This document shows, piece after piece, positions 14,083-46,264 of a stretch of DNA of 64,000 nt. Both the position numbers and the translations under genes were made by a program. The notes under the pieces were generated by a model. The model was not told the DNA's origin. It made no database searches and saw only the letters and a program-made list of their open reading frames with translations. Origin of the DNA: Chrysomallon squamiferum. Taxonomy: Eukaryota; Animalia; Mollusca. The stretch is taken from the NCBI GenBank assembly GCA_012295275.1, contig CM022678.1:4278001-4342000 (forward strand), in the 5' to 3' direction. Each line of letters begins with the position of its first letter. Position 1 is the stretch's first letter.

Positions 14083-14684
14083 TTTACTTATCTATCTAAT
14101 TATTTATCTATCTGTATTTTGCTCATTATTTGTCCAGCTAACAGAGACACATAATACAGATGGACATACATACATGAATATACACACAAATACAGACAGT
14201 CACATAGATATAGTGTAGATATTTTTCATTCTTTGGCCACTTGTAAACTGAAAGATTTATTAGACAATAGTATCTCCGTTAATGATCTAATCTACCTAGC
14301 CACTTCGTACTGTACTTCCCGGTTAGATCTTTGTAACAAATCCACGCACCGTGACATTTCAACAATAATTGCGTGCTTTTAATACTGTAGAAAAGGTTAT
14401 CACAGTAATAGGCTTTATTATAACAAAATAAATGTATGTGTGTGTGTGTATATATATATATACGCACATATGTATGTATGTATTTTCGGATGTGGATATT
14501 CTCTGTCTTATGTACGTCTGATCAGACTTTTATTTACTAATATATTTATATTTACTGACTAATATACTAATATTTGCTGACTTATGTACTTATATTTACT
14601 AACTAACGTATTAGAATTAATTAACTAATGTATTATCATATTAGGCCATGAATATTAGTACATTAGTCAGCAAATATAAGAATC

Positions 14685-14830
14685 TTAATAAACCAGAAGA
14701 TGAATTCTCACCAATCATAAATGAGAGATTTTTCCATTAAACAGAGGTTAATATTCATCCGATCTGAGCTGAATAATTTTGGCTGTGAAAGGGAATAATG
14801 TTAGGAAACGAAAACTATATTACGTTCTTT
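14685..14830 (+). pseudogene. Relic 3' end/3' UTR of a RING-terminated paralogue
   Basis: Aligns with ~3230-3355 (tccgatctgagc.gaat.atttt..tgaaagggaataa.gttag) and with the reverse complement of ~39325-39425. The RING exon itself is absent. Confidence 0.55.
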
Positions 14831-15533
14831 CTAGTGAAAAAAACTTCATTATTGTTTATTTATTTATTTATTTTTGTTTCTTTCTCTTTATTTTTACTTA
14901 TTTGTATTATAGATTTTTGCCTCTTCGTTCAATTTATTTATTTATTTACTTATTTAGTTTTCCTTCTTTATTTACTTCTTTACTGTAATTTTTACTGGGA
15001 CACTAATACAGTTTTAAATTGTTAAGAAGGTAAATACTTATTGTAATCAGGTAACAGGAAACCTGTTCTTCTAGACCGTGTGACAAATGAGACGAAACTG
15101 CTGACCTATGACTCTTTATCATACAACGAGGTATTTCAAAATGAAAGATTAATCTAAGCCAGATAGATTTTATTTAGTAAACCTTACACTTCAAATAAAC
15201 ATGGTAAACAACATCGAGCGATAAATCTAAATATTAATATTTGTTTATAATAAAATAGATGTTAATAGCAATAATAATAATAACAACAACAACAAAAACA
15301 ACAGCAACAACAATAATAACAAAAAAAAAATAGCAAAGAAATAAATAAAGAGTTAGTTATTCAGGAGATTTGATTATTTTATTCTTCTTTTAATTTTTTA
15401 TTATCTCTCTGCTCAACTGCCTCATTGTTATTGCTCAACCAATCAGGTAAAATATGTAAATGATCTGTTTAACTGTGGAGTCAAATAGTGTTCCTTGTAT
15501 CAGGTTTTGTTGTTATGTCTCCTTGGTACAGTG

Positions 15534-15541
15534 TGACGTCA
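15534..15541 (+). promoter_or_regulatory. CRE/ATF palindrome TGACGTCA upstream of leader exon 1
   Basis: Perfect TGACGTCA ~80 nt upstream of ATG 15620. The equivalent site is TAACGTCA in copies 2 and 3 (~20651, ~25826). Confidence 0.4.
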
Positions 15542-15619
15542 TGTGAGAACATTATACATTAGTGTCTATAACAGACAGTTTGTATCAGGATTTTATTTGT
15601 GTAGTGGTCGCTAATAATT

Positions 15620-15955
15620 ATGGACTCACTGAGATTTGTTCTAATTTCAGTTTTCATATGTTCAACAAAAGCAGGTAAATGCATTTATTTATATATTTAT
15701 TTACTTAATCACGTTCTTATCTTGATCTCAGTATATCTGTCTACACACACTCACACTGAAACACACACATACACAAACACAACACACATACATATAGATA
15801 CACTGAAACACACACACACACATGTTCACTCACGTAAATCGAAATATATATTACCAGATGCTATATATCAGCATTTTTAATTTGATTATTCTCCCAGAAT
15901 TTGTAAAACTATATTTAAAATAAAAATTATAAAAAATTATAGTTATTATAAACAA

Positions 15956-16016
<61 letters not shown>

Positions 16017-16140
16017 TAACAAGAACAATAACAATAATCAGACATTTCTTTATCATCAAAAAGATTATTTAAAATGTTGTAAGCTTTTATCATTTACTAA
16101 TATTCTACTAATAAAAAACATATGAAAAGTCATTATGTCC

Positions 16141-16189
<49 letters not shown>

Positions 16190-16436
16190 GACATTTCTGG
16201 GTCAGCAAAAAGACTGTACAAAAGGTTGTAAGCTTATACCTTTTTCTAATATTGTTCCTCATCTCTTTGTTTTGCCAAGTCCTACCTGAATGCACTTAAA
16301 CAGTCCTTTTGTGTTAAATCATTCAATATAAAGAATGTAGACTTCTGTTATATATATATACATATATGTTCTGTATATGTTTGTTGATCTGTACGAATAA
16401 TATTTCAAGATTGTATGATATACACACACACACACA

Positions 16437-16474
<38 letters not shown>

Positions 16475-17143
16475 CATGTATATGTAATTGTATATATGTA
16501 TCTACTATGCACAGACAATATTTCTATTATTTTTCTATCTACTTCTGCAGACAACCATATAGAGTTGTCGTTCCTGAGAGGTTACTTTTTATGAACCAGA
16601 CAGTATGGCTTCACTTCAGATGGCTATTAAACAATAAATACACGGGCTGTATGTCAAACACAAGGCAGAATGTGAACGAAGATGTTACATTTAAATAGTC
16701 GATTGAGAATAATCTACCATTTTCGATTTTAGCCAGTTTGTGCTCAGATTCGTTTCCTACTTAATGAGCATAGGTAAAACGGCTTGATTTTCCAGGTAAA
16801 CCCTTGAAATGATTAAAAAAAAAATTAGAAAACAAATATTATTTTATGTTTTTGGTACTATTGAAAGCTATAGATAATTACTAATTAAAATGAGTTTTAA
16901 TTATTTAGAAACTCCATTTAGAAAAGAATATGTGACGCTTTTCAGCTAAAACGGTGCAGAAAACATAAACATATTTTATAGTGCACAGATTATATTTAAT
17001 GTTAACATACTTTGATGTTTTGCTTATAATTATAAGCAAAAATTATCAGAACGCGCCTGTGATAACTTGAAAAGGAGACACACACACACTTACACACACA
17101 TATCTGCACATACACACATGCAAACATACATACATACAGCTGT

Positions 17144-17203
<60 letters not shown>

Positions 17204-17717
17204 TGTGTGTGTTAGCAAGTGCAGGCATTGTTTATACGAAGCAGTGTTTTTAGCTATATATCTGATACGCATGTGTACAGGGAAAATTGAATAATAATTT
17301 ATGCAGAACCCAATCTTACTAAAGCTTTGACATGCGCGGTATTTTGATTTGTCTGTTTCGTCGTTTGTTTGTTTTTTGTCGTTGTTTGTTTGTTGTTGTT
17401 TTTTTGTTGTTGTTTGTTTGTTGTTGTTTTTTTGTTGTTGTTGTTGTTGTTAGATAACATTAGTAGAGCAACTTCTTTTTCAAATCAGAAATTACTTTTC
17501 TTATTCCAGTTGTTGGAACTAAGTCACCCATACGACTAGTGAATGGTACAACCAGGTACGAGGGCAGAGTTGAAATCTACCACAATGGTCGTTGGGGTTC
17601 TATTTGTGATGACGGATTCGGGACGAAAGATGCTCAAGTTGTATGCAGGAGTTTGGGCTTTTCTACGTACGTCTCATTTCTTTTTTTAAATATAACAAAT
17701 GTAATAGTTTTACCTGA

Positions 17718-17769
<52 letters not shown>

Positions 17770-18184
17770 GTAATTAGTACAGAACAAAGATATTTCTTGG
17801 TCCACAAAAAAATTGTTTAAAATGTTGTAAGCTTGTATATTTTTCTAATATTCCTCCTTATCTTTTTTACATTAACAAGAAATACTTGTTTAATGACAAC
17901 TGTTATTATTTTCTTGTTTTAAGAAGAAATAACAATAACAAACTATCACCGTCTTTGTTTTCTCCAAATAACAATTGCTATAGAGTATTTAAAACAGAAA
18001 ACTATAATTATTTCTTTTAATTTTCTCAATTATTATTTTGTTTTCTTTCATGTAAAGAAATGATCTTGTCATTCTTTTTTTAAATAACAAATATGATCTT
18101 TCTTGTTTCTGGCAACTGTCATTAACACTTGTTATATTTTGATTTTACAGAAATAACAATTGTTTCTTTTCATTATTATCTTTA

Positions 18185-18231
<47 letters not shown>

Positions 18232-18560
18232 GTAATAATAATAATCCTAGTAATAGTAATAGTAGTGGAGTCGTAGTACTAGTTGTAATAGTAGTAGCAG
18301 TTTATGTTTAAATGCAACTCGCACTGCAGTTCAGTACTTATCTCACTAGATCCATTCTGACATAATCGACTTTTATTTTATGTGTTTAAGTACAAACGCG
18401 ACAGCCTATTCCGGTGCACGATTTGGATCAAGTACGGGACCCATTTGGCTGGATGACGTCAACTGTCAGGGCAATGAAGAATACCTTGACCAGTGTTCCT
18501 TGCCACGCTGGGGTATTCATAACTGTGGTCATAACGAGGATGTCGGCGTTAAGTGTGACG
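15620..18560 (+). CDS. Leader plus one group-A SRCR domain (module 1 of the SRCR-TM-RING gene)
   Basis: Exons 15620-15674 ([18 protein letters not shown]), 17510-17666 ([40 protein letters not shown]), 18391-18560 ([43 protein letters not shown]). Ends in phase 1 with no stop, so it can splice to 22644. Confidence 0.85.
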
Positions 18561-19174
18561 GTAACAGTATGTAATTATTTTCTTTATAAACGCATACTGA
18601 TCCATAGAGATAGATAGGCATATAGATCAGTAGAAACAGATATATAGATCGAAAGAGAGAGGTAGACATATGTCGACAGAGACGGATATACGTATAGACT
18701 GACATATATAGACACCTAGATCGACAGAGATGTTAGGCATATAGATCGATGGAGATAGATAGACAGATAGGCTTACAGATAGATGGATAGTGACAGAGAG
18801 AATACCAGGTTGTTTTCGATGTTTCTCTACAAATAATACTTTAATTTTATTCGTTTATTGTTTGTATGTTTTCTATATATATATATAGATATAGATAGAT
18901 TTATTTATTTGTTTATTTATTGTTTTGTTTATTTATTAAGTAACTTACTTGTTGAGTAATTAATATCTTATTACAGAGTATTTATTTCTTTAGTTATTTA
19001 CATTCTTCTTCTTTTTCTTCTGATTATTATTATTGTTATTATTATTATTAGTAGTAGTAGTAGTCTGTATATATAATTTCAAAAATAATCTCCTATTCTT
19101 CATATATATAATATTTGACCATATACAATTACGTAATTAAGATGATTTTATAATGTCTAATAGGCTTCTGTGCC

Positions 19175-19214
<40 letters not shown>

Positions 19215-20736
19215 CATCATCATCTCGAGATTGAAATACTGTCTATGTGCAGAGTCTATTCTAGTGAACATAAGTCAGAGAATATTCTAATCCTGAAATA
19301 CATACACACATTAAAGTTCTTTATAGGTCATTGATTGAATACGAACAGGCAGACCGATATTAAAGTTACCCCGCTGGCTTATATTGGTCTTTAGGTTTGA
19401 AATACCTCGTTGTATGACAAAGAGTCATAGATCACAGGTTTTGTCTGATTTGTTACACGGTCTAGAAGGATAGGTATTTTGTTACCTGATTACAATAAGT
19501 AATTACCTCCTCAAAATTTTGAAACTGTATTAGTGTGTCTATGAGAACTTGGAACAGCCAAGCAGTCAGCACGTCATGGACCGCTGATCAATAAATTACA
19601 ATCTGCGACTATCTGCAAATATTAGTACATTAATCTGTAAATTTCAATTGTTTATTAAGCAAATATTAGTACATTTGTCACTAAGTTTCACTTTCTTACT
19701 AATCAAATATTAGAATATTAGTCAGTAAATTTCTGTATATTATTCAGCAAATTTGAATTCCTATTTTTATATAAGTACATTTGTCATTAACTGTTTCTAC
19801 ATTAGTTGTTCAATATCAGTACATTAGTCAGTAAATATCAGTACATTAGTCATTAAATATCAATACATTAGTCAGAAAATATCAGTACATTAGTCAGTAA
19901 ATATCAGTACATTAGTCATTAAATATCAATACATTAGTCAGTAAATTCTTGTACATTAGTCAATAAATATTACATTAGTCAGTAAATACTAGAACTAATA
20001 CTTAGTGACACATTTTACTGACTAATGCACAAATGTTAGTAAATATAAGAACAGGAGTCAGCAAATACATGTATATTAGTCAGTACATTTCAGTACATTA
20101 GTCAGTACATTTCAGTACATTAATAATATATTTTAGTAGATTAATCAGTAAATACAAATACGTTATTCAGTAAACAGTATATTACTCAGTAAATAATTTA
20201 CCTGCTTCTGTTAATTAATAAATATCGATCTATCGATAAATATGGGTTTCCGAAAATCGGTAATTTCCAGTCTGTCAGTCAATCAGTAAATCTCGGTCTA
20301 TCGATAAATAAATATGAGGTTGCGATAATCGGTAAATTCGAATCAGTCGGTTATATTTCAGTCTATTTATTTTTACCTGTATTATTTGCTAAGTAATTTA
20401 TTATTTGCTAAGTTTAATCAGTAAGTGAATCCATTTCAACTCTGTTGTCTCACAAATCTGTGACGAGTCATATATTCAGGAGATTTGATTATTTTATTCT
20501 TCTTTTAATCTTTTTTATTTTCTTTCTGTTGAACAGACACATTGTTATTGCTCAACCAGTCAAGTAAAATAGGTAACTGATCTGTTATAGTGTGAAGTCA
20601 AATATCCTTCCTTGTATCAGATGTCGTTGTTATGTCTCCTTGGTAGAGTTTAACGTCATGTGAGAAAATTATACATTACTCTGTATAACAGATAGTTTGT
20701 ATCAGGATTTTATTTGTGTAGTGGTCGCTAATAATT

Positions 20737-21078
20737 ATGGACTCACTGAGATTTGTTCTAGTTTCAATTTGTATATCTTCAACAAAAGCAGGTAAATGCA
20801 TTTATTTATATATTTATTTACTTAATCACGTTCTTATCTTGATGTCTATATATCTATCCACACACACTCACACTGAAACACACACATACACAAACTTAAC
20901 ACACATACATATAGATACACTGAAACACACACACACACACACACATGTTCACTCGTGTAAATCGAAATATATATTACCAGATGCTATATATCAGCATTTT
21001 TAATTTGATTATTCTCCCAGAATTTGTAAAACTATATTTAAAATAATAATTATAAAAAATTATAGTTATTATAAACAA

Positions 21079-21142
<64 letters not shown>

Positions 21143-21266
21143 GAACAATAACAATAACAATAATCAGTCATTTCTTTATCAACAAAAAGATTATTTAAAA
21201 TGTTGTAAGCTTTTATCATTTACTAATATTCTACTAATAAAAAACATATGAAAAGTCATTATGTCC

Positions 21267-21333
<67 letters not shown>

Positions 21334-21559
21334 GACATTTCTGGGTCAGCAAAAAGATTGTACAAAAGGTTGTAAGCTTATACCTTTTTCTAATATTGTT
21401 CCTCATCTCTTTGTTTTGCCAAGTCCTACTTGAATGCACATAAACAGTCCTTTTGTATTAAATCATTGAATATACACAATGTAGATTTCTGTTATATATA
21501 TACACATATGTTCTGTATATGTTTGTTGATCTGTACGAATAATATTTCAAGATTGTATG

Positions 21560-21629
<70 letters not shown>

Positions 21630-22308
21630 GCATGTATATGTAATTGTATATATGTATCTACTATGTACAGACAATATTTCTATTATTTTTCTATCTACTT
21701 CTGCAGACAACCATGTAGAGTTGTCGTTCCTGAGAGGTTACTTTTTTATGAATCAGACAGTATGGCTTCACTTCAGATGGCTATTAAACAATAAATACAC
21801 GGGTTGTATGTCAAACACAAGGCAGAATGTGAACGAATATGTTTACATTTAAATAGTCGATTCAGAATAATCTACCATTTTCGATTTTAACCAGTTTGTG
21901 CTCAGATTCGTTTGCTGTTTAATGAGAATAGGTAAAATGGGGTTGATTTTCCAGGTAAACCCTTGAAATGATTGAAAAAAAACATTAGAAAAAAATATTA
22001 TTTTATGTTTTTGGTACTATTGAAAGCTATAGATAATTACTAATTAAAATGAGTTTTAATTATTTAGAAACTCCATTTAGAAAAGAATATGTGACGCTTT
22101 TCAGCTAAAACGGTGCAGAAAACATAAACATATTTTATAGTGCACAGATTATATTTAATGTTAACATACTTTGATGTTTTGCTTATAATTATAAGCAAAA
22201 ATTATCAGAACGCGCCAGTGATAGCCTGAAAATGAGACACACACACACTTACACGCACACAGATCTGCACATACACACATGCATACATACATACACACAT
22301 ACAGCTGT

Positions 22309-22363
<55 letters not shown>

Positions 22364-22539
22364 TAGCAAGTGCAAGCATGGTTTATACGAAGCAGTGTTT
22401 TTAGCTATATGTCTGATATGCATGTGTACAGGGAAAATTGAATAATAATTTATGCAAAACCCAATGTTACTAAAGGTTTGACATGAGCGATATTTTGATT
22501 TGTCTGTTTCTTCGTTTGTTTGGTTTTTGTTGTTGTTTC

Positions 22540-22570
<31 letters not shown>

Positions 22571-23280
22571 GCTGTTGTTGTTCGATGACATTATTAGAGA
22601 AAGCTTTTTTTTTTCAAATAAGAAATTACTTTTTTAATTCCAGTTGTTGGAACTAAGTCACCGATACGACTAGTGGATGGTACAACCAGGTACGAGGGCA
22701 GAGTTGAAATCTACCACAATGGTCGTTGGGGTTCTATTTGTGATGACGGATTCGGGACGCAGGACGCTCGGGTTGTATGTCGGAGTTTGGGCTTTGATAC
22801 GTATGTCTTAATTCTTTTTTAAAATGTAACAAATGTAATAGTTTTTCCTGAAATGATAATAATAATAATAATAATAATTACAGGACAAAGATATTTCTTG
22901 GTCCACAAAAGAATTGTTTAAAATGTAGTAAGTTTATATCTTTTACTAATATTCCTCTTTATCTTTTTTATCTTAACAAGAAATACTTTTTAATGATAAC
23001 TGTTATTATCTTCTTCTTTAAAAATAAAAAATAATAAACTATCACTGTCTTTGTTTTCTCGAAATAACAGTTCCTGTAGAGTATTTGAAACAGAAAACTA
23101 TAATTATTTATTTTAATTTTCTCAATTATTATTTTGTTTTCTTTCATGTAAAGAAATGATCTTGTCATTCTTTTTTTAAATAACAAATATGATCTTTCTT
23201 GTTTCTGGCAACTATCATTAACACTTGTTATATTTTGATTTTACAGAAATAACAATTGTTTCTTTTCATTATTATCTTTA

Positions 23281-23345
<65 letters not shown>

Positions 23346-23674
23346 GTAATAATAATAATCCTAGTAATAGTAATAGTAGTGGAGTCGTAGTACTAGTTGT
23401 AATAGTAGTAGCAGTTTATGTTTAAATGCAACTCGCACTGCAGTTCAGTACTTATCTCACTAGATCCATTCTGACATAACCGACTTTTATTTTATGTGTT
23501 TAAGTACAAACGCGACAGCCTATTCCGGTGCACGATTTGGATCAAGTACGGGACCCATTTGGCTGGATGACGTCAACTGTCAGGGCAATGAAGAATACCT
23601 TGACCAGTGTTCCTTGCCACGCTGGGGTATTCATAACTGTGGTCATAACGAGGATGTCGGCGTTAAGTGTGACG
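20737..23674 (+). CDS. Leader plus one group-A SRCR domain (module 2)
   Basis: Exons 20737-20791, 22644-22800, 23505-23674. Same motifs and phases as module 1. Confidence 0.82.
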
Positions 23675-24289
23675 GTAACAGTATGTAATTATTTTCTTTA
23701 TAAACGCATACTGATCCATAGAGATAGATAGGCATATAGATCAGTAGAAACAGATATATAGATCGAAAGAGAGAGGTAGACATATGTCGACAGAGACGGA
23801 TATACGTATAGACTGACATATATAGACACCTAGATCGACAGAGATGTTAGGCATATAGATCGATGGAGATAGATAGACAGATAGGCTTACAGATAGATGG
23901 ATAGTGACAGAGAGAATACCAGGTTGTTTTCGATGTTTCTCTACAAATAATACTTTAATTTTATTCGTTTATTGTTTGTATGTTTTCTATATATATATAT
24001 AGATATAGATAGATTTATTTATTTGTTTATTTATTGTTTTGTTTATTTATTAAGTAACTTACTTGTTGAGTAATTAATATCTTATTACAGAGTATTTATT
24101 TCTTTAGTTATTTACATTCTTCTTCTTTTTTCTTCTGATTATTATTATTGTTATTATTATTATTAGTAGTAGTAGTAGTCTGTATATATAATTTCAAAAA
24201 TAATCTCCTATTCTTCATATATATAATATTTGACCATATACAATTACGTAATTAAGATGATTTTATAATGTCTAATAGGCTTCTGTGCC

Positions 24290-24323
<34 letters not shown>

Positions 24324-25911
24324 CATCATCATCTCGAGATTGAAATACTGTCTATGTGCAGAGTCTATTCTAGTGAACATAAGTCAGAGAATATTCTAAT
24401 CCTGAAATACATACACTCATTAAAGTTCTTTATAGGTCATTGATTGAATACGAACAGGCAGACCGATATTAAAGTTACCCCGCTGGCTTATATTGGTCTT
24501 TAGGTTTGAAATACCTCGTTGTATGACAAAGAGTCATAGATCACAGGTTTTGTCTGATTTGTTACACGGTCTAGAAGGATAGGTATTTTGTTACCTGATT
24601 ACAATAAGTAATTACCTCCTCAAAATTTTGAAACTGTATTAGTGTGTCTATGAGAACTTGGAACAGCCAAGCAGTCAGCACGTCATGGACCGCTGATCAA
24701 TAAATTACAATCTGCGACTATCTGCAAATATTAGTACATTAATCTGTAAATTTCAATTGTTTATTAAGCAAATATTAGTACATTTGTCACTAAGTTTCAC
24801 TTTCTTACTAATCAAATATTAGAATATTAGTCAGTAAATTTCTGTATATTATTCAGCAAATTTGAATTCCTATTTTTATATAAGTACATTTGTCATTAAC
24901 TGTTTCTACATTAGTTGTTCAATATCAGTACATTAGTCAGTAAATATCAGTACATTAGTCATTAAATATCAATACATTAGTCAGAAAATATCAGTACATT
25001 AGTCAGTAAATATCAGTACATTAGTCATTAAATATCAATACATTAGTCAGAAAATATCAGTACATTAGTCAGTAAATATCAGTACATTAGTCATTAAATA
25101 TCAATACATTAGTCAGTAAATTCTTGTACATTAGTCAATAAATATTACATTAGTCAGTAAATACTAGAACTAATACTTAGTGACACATGTTACTGACTAA
25201 TGCACAAATGTTAGTAAATATAAGAACAGGAGTCAGCAAATACATGTATATTAGTCAGTACATTTCAGTACATTAGTCAGTACATTTCAGTACATTAATA
25301 ATATATTTTAGTAGATTAATCAGTAAATACAAATACGTTATTCAGTAAACAGTATATTCCTCAGTAAATAATTTACCTGCTTCTGTTAATTAATAAATAT
25401 CGATCTATCGATAAATATGGGTTTCCGAAAATCGGTAATTTCCAGTCTGTCAGTCAGTCAGTAAATCTCGGTCTATCGATAAATAAATATGAGGTTGCGA
25501 CAATCGGTAAATTCGAATCCGTCGGTTATATTTCAATTTATTTATTTTTACCTGTATTATTTGCTAAGTAATTTATTATTTGCTAAGTTTAATCAGTAAG
25601 TCAGTCCATTTCAACTCTGTTGTCTCACAAATCTGTGACGAGTCAGATATTCAGGAGATTTGATTATTTTATTCTTCTTTTAATCTTTTTTATTTTCTTT
25701 CTGTTGAACAGACACATTGTTATTGGTCAACCAGTCAAGTAAAATAGGTAACTGATCTGTTATAGTGTGAAGTCAAATATCCTTCCTTGTATCAGATGTC
25801 GTTGTTATGTCTCCTTGGTAGAGTTTAACGTCATGTGAGAAAATTATACATTACTCTGTATAACAGATAGTTTGTATCAGGATTTTATTTGTGTAGTGGT
25901 CGCTAATAATT

Positions 25912-37385
<11,474 letters not shown>

Positions 37386-37725
37386 TGGTTTTCAGTCTTC
37401 AGATGTCTCCATGTTTTATCTTATTTATCCACTCACATACAGAGGAAAACCAGTGAATAACGAACAGAATAGGCTGCTGGAAAGTAAAACATCTAGCAGA
37501 GGATAGTTCAAAAGAACAGAAACATGTCAGATTAACAAGCCAGTGGTTTAACATAACAAAATGCACCCAAAGAAGATGATGTTGATGATGCTAATCTCTA
37601 ACATTATGAATGTTATATATATTTGCTTAATAAGTGTGTGTATGGCTTTCATTTGTCTTTAAGTATAGACAGACAGATTTTCTTTTATGTGTTTAGTTTT
37701 TCATTTGTTTGGTAGCTTTTAATAA

Positions 37726-37816
<91 letters not shown>

Positions 37817-38237
37817 ATATTTTATTGGTTTGTGAATATGAGTCTGAGTTGAAAATAAAGTTTGTTTCGTGAATTACCTTATTTATTCAATCATTTCCTT
37901 ATTGTAATTGTATTTTATTATTTTTTTATGTTTTATTTTATTTTATTTTACTTTATTTTTATTTTTTTTTTTTTTTTTGGAGGGTGATTTTGCTTTGTGT
38001 TATTTTTATTATTTGTTTTTGTTATTTTATCTATTTTTCTTTTCTGATAGTTCTTTCTTCTCTTATGTTTGCGTTTCTTTTCTTTTCTTTTGATATTTTT
38101 TTTCCCTTATTCTTATTTGGGTTTTGTTGTTGCTACAGTCAACATAATTAAATTCCATTAACTGATTTAGTTTTAATTGAAAATTTCAGAACATTTAAAA
38201 CTATATCTTCCTAGGCATCCACGTAATATATTTCTAT

Positions 38238-38310
<73 letters not shown>

Positions 38311-39396
38311 TAAAACAAAATAATAATGATTAAGAAACACAAATCTGTTTACAGGATCTTTTAGTATTACTACTCCTTGAAGTCAAGAAAATGTATTAAA
38401 ATATTCCACGAAATATGTTCTTCAATAAATGAATACAGCAATAAATCAATAATAATAATAATAATAATAATAACAAGTGAATAACTCTCTCTGTCTATTT
38501 ACTTATTTATATTTATATTTATGTATTATTTTCTTATATATAAAATTAAGAGAGAACAATATTATTATAAAAAAAAGAAGGGAGAAAACTCTCATTTATT
38601 TCAGTGAAGATACTTTTATCAGTAATTTATCTGCCCATTGTATTTGATCACTTAATATCATTTTTCATAAATTGCACTCAAATCTCGTTTTCTGATAAAC
38701 ATATTTTTTTTAAAGAAATTACTGATAATAACGTCCTCTGAAATAAGTCATGGATCGTTACGTTTTCTGAAATAAGTCACGGATCGTTACGTTTTCCGAA
38801 ATAACTCACGGACAATCACGTTTCTTAAAGTAGTCAACGATAATCACGTTTTTTTTTTTAAAAATAAGTCACGGATAAACACTGTTTCTGAATATTGTTA
38901 ATCTTGTTTTCTTGATCAAGTGACTATTAAAATCTGAACGTAGTCACTTGCCAATTGGTATTTATTGGTTGTTTTGTTTTTTGTTCAAATTAATACATTT
39001 TTATAATCACGTTTTGTGAATTCAGCACTAGAAAGTCATTTTTTAAATGTACTCACTGATAATTATATCTTATTGATATATCAGTTTAATATTCATGTTC
39101 TCTGTGTGTAATTTTTGATTACTAGATTTCCTGAATATAGTCATCTGAAAACCTCATATTCTAAATCTTGTCACTTGAAATCACGTACCCTGAATGTAAT
39201 GATTTGACAGTCAGCGCGCACTTTCAGCTTTTTTCAATACAATCACTTAAAAAGTACATTTTCTTAATTGTCATTGATGATCTTTTTTTTTTTTTTTATT
39301 TTTTTTAGTTATTTATATTAATTTTCATTTCAAAGCGAAAACCATTGTTCTCAGATCGGAGGCGTATTAATCTCTGTTTAATAGAACAAACTCTCG

Positions 39397-45420
<6,024 letters not shown>

Positions 45421-45796
45421 GACTTCGACTATTCGAAACACAATATAAATACGAATAAAACGACAGGTATTTCGTAATTTAGCTTGATATTACAGTGCAC
45501 CTTGGAGATGCCACAACAAGAGCCGATACCAGGAAGTTTGTTTACTTACATTGAAACAGCACTTCAACATGTGTACACTCCTTCATTTATGCATTTTATG
45601 TACGGTGTATCGTTAATTCAGTAAACAACGTGTTATATGTAAAAATATATTGATTAAGAATATATATATACTCATACATACACACACATACACACAGACA
45701 TGCAAACATACGTGCAAACATATGTACATACATACATACATATATACATACGTACATACGTACACACACACACACACATATATATACATACATACA

Positions 45797-45960
45797 GGTT
45801 GTCTTGATGGCAGGACGGTAACATCGCCGGTATTCGGAGTGCGGGGAAATGGGTGTCATAAGTTCGAGTCTCGTCAGCGGCATCTGACGGGGTTTATGAG
45901 GTCCTGATTGACTTTGTCCTCCTGTTCTAGTGCGTTTCCCAATACTGTTTATTTGCAGAG
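45797..45960 (+). mobile_element. tRNA-derived SINE-like element
   Basis: Pol III A-box-like TGGCAGGACGG (45808-45818) and B-box GTTCGAGTC (45862-45870) in a GC-richer island. No convincing cloverleaf. Confidence 0.45.
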
Positions 45961-46121
45961 TCTAATCAGACGTACATAAGACACAGAAAATTAAAAATAC
46001 TTAACTTTTGCTATGATTCAAAGCCTCTTAAATTGTTTTGTCTAACATACACTAACTAAACGTGCAGTGAACAAACTAATACAGGTTCGTTACAAACTCA
46101 GTGGCATTTTTATCCCTGCAG

Positions 46122-46264
46122 CTCCTGAAAATAAGACTGGCATGATACTTGGAACAGTGTTTTGGTATTTTGATCTTCATCGTCGTTGTGGTGATCACTG
46201 TACGACGTCGTCACCGTCTGAAAGAAGCGATTTGTAGGTGGTGTGGCTCCACTGCAGCATTGAG
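46122..46264 (+). pseudogene. Orphan TM exon of the CUB-TM-RING type, with a +1 frameshift
   Basis: cag|CTCCTGAAAATAAG..TGAG|gtaaat; APENKTGMILGTVF/GILIFIVVVVITVRRRHRLKEAICRWCGSTAALR. Extra T at ~46160-46163. No CUB exons upstream and no RING exon downstream. Confidence 0.75.

Noticed and set aside
45797-45885. Functional tRNA gene
   Set aside because: A and B boxes are present, but I could not fold an acceptor stem or cloverleaf; treated as SINE-like.
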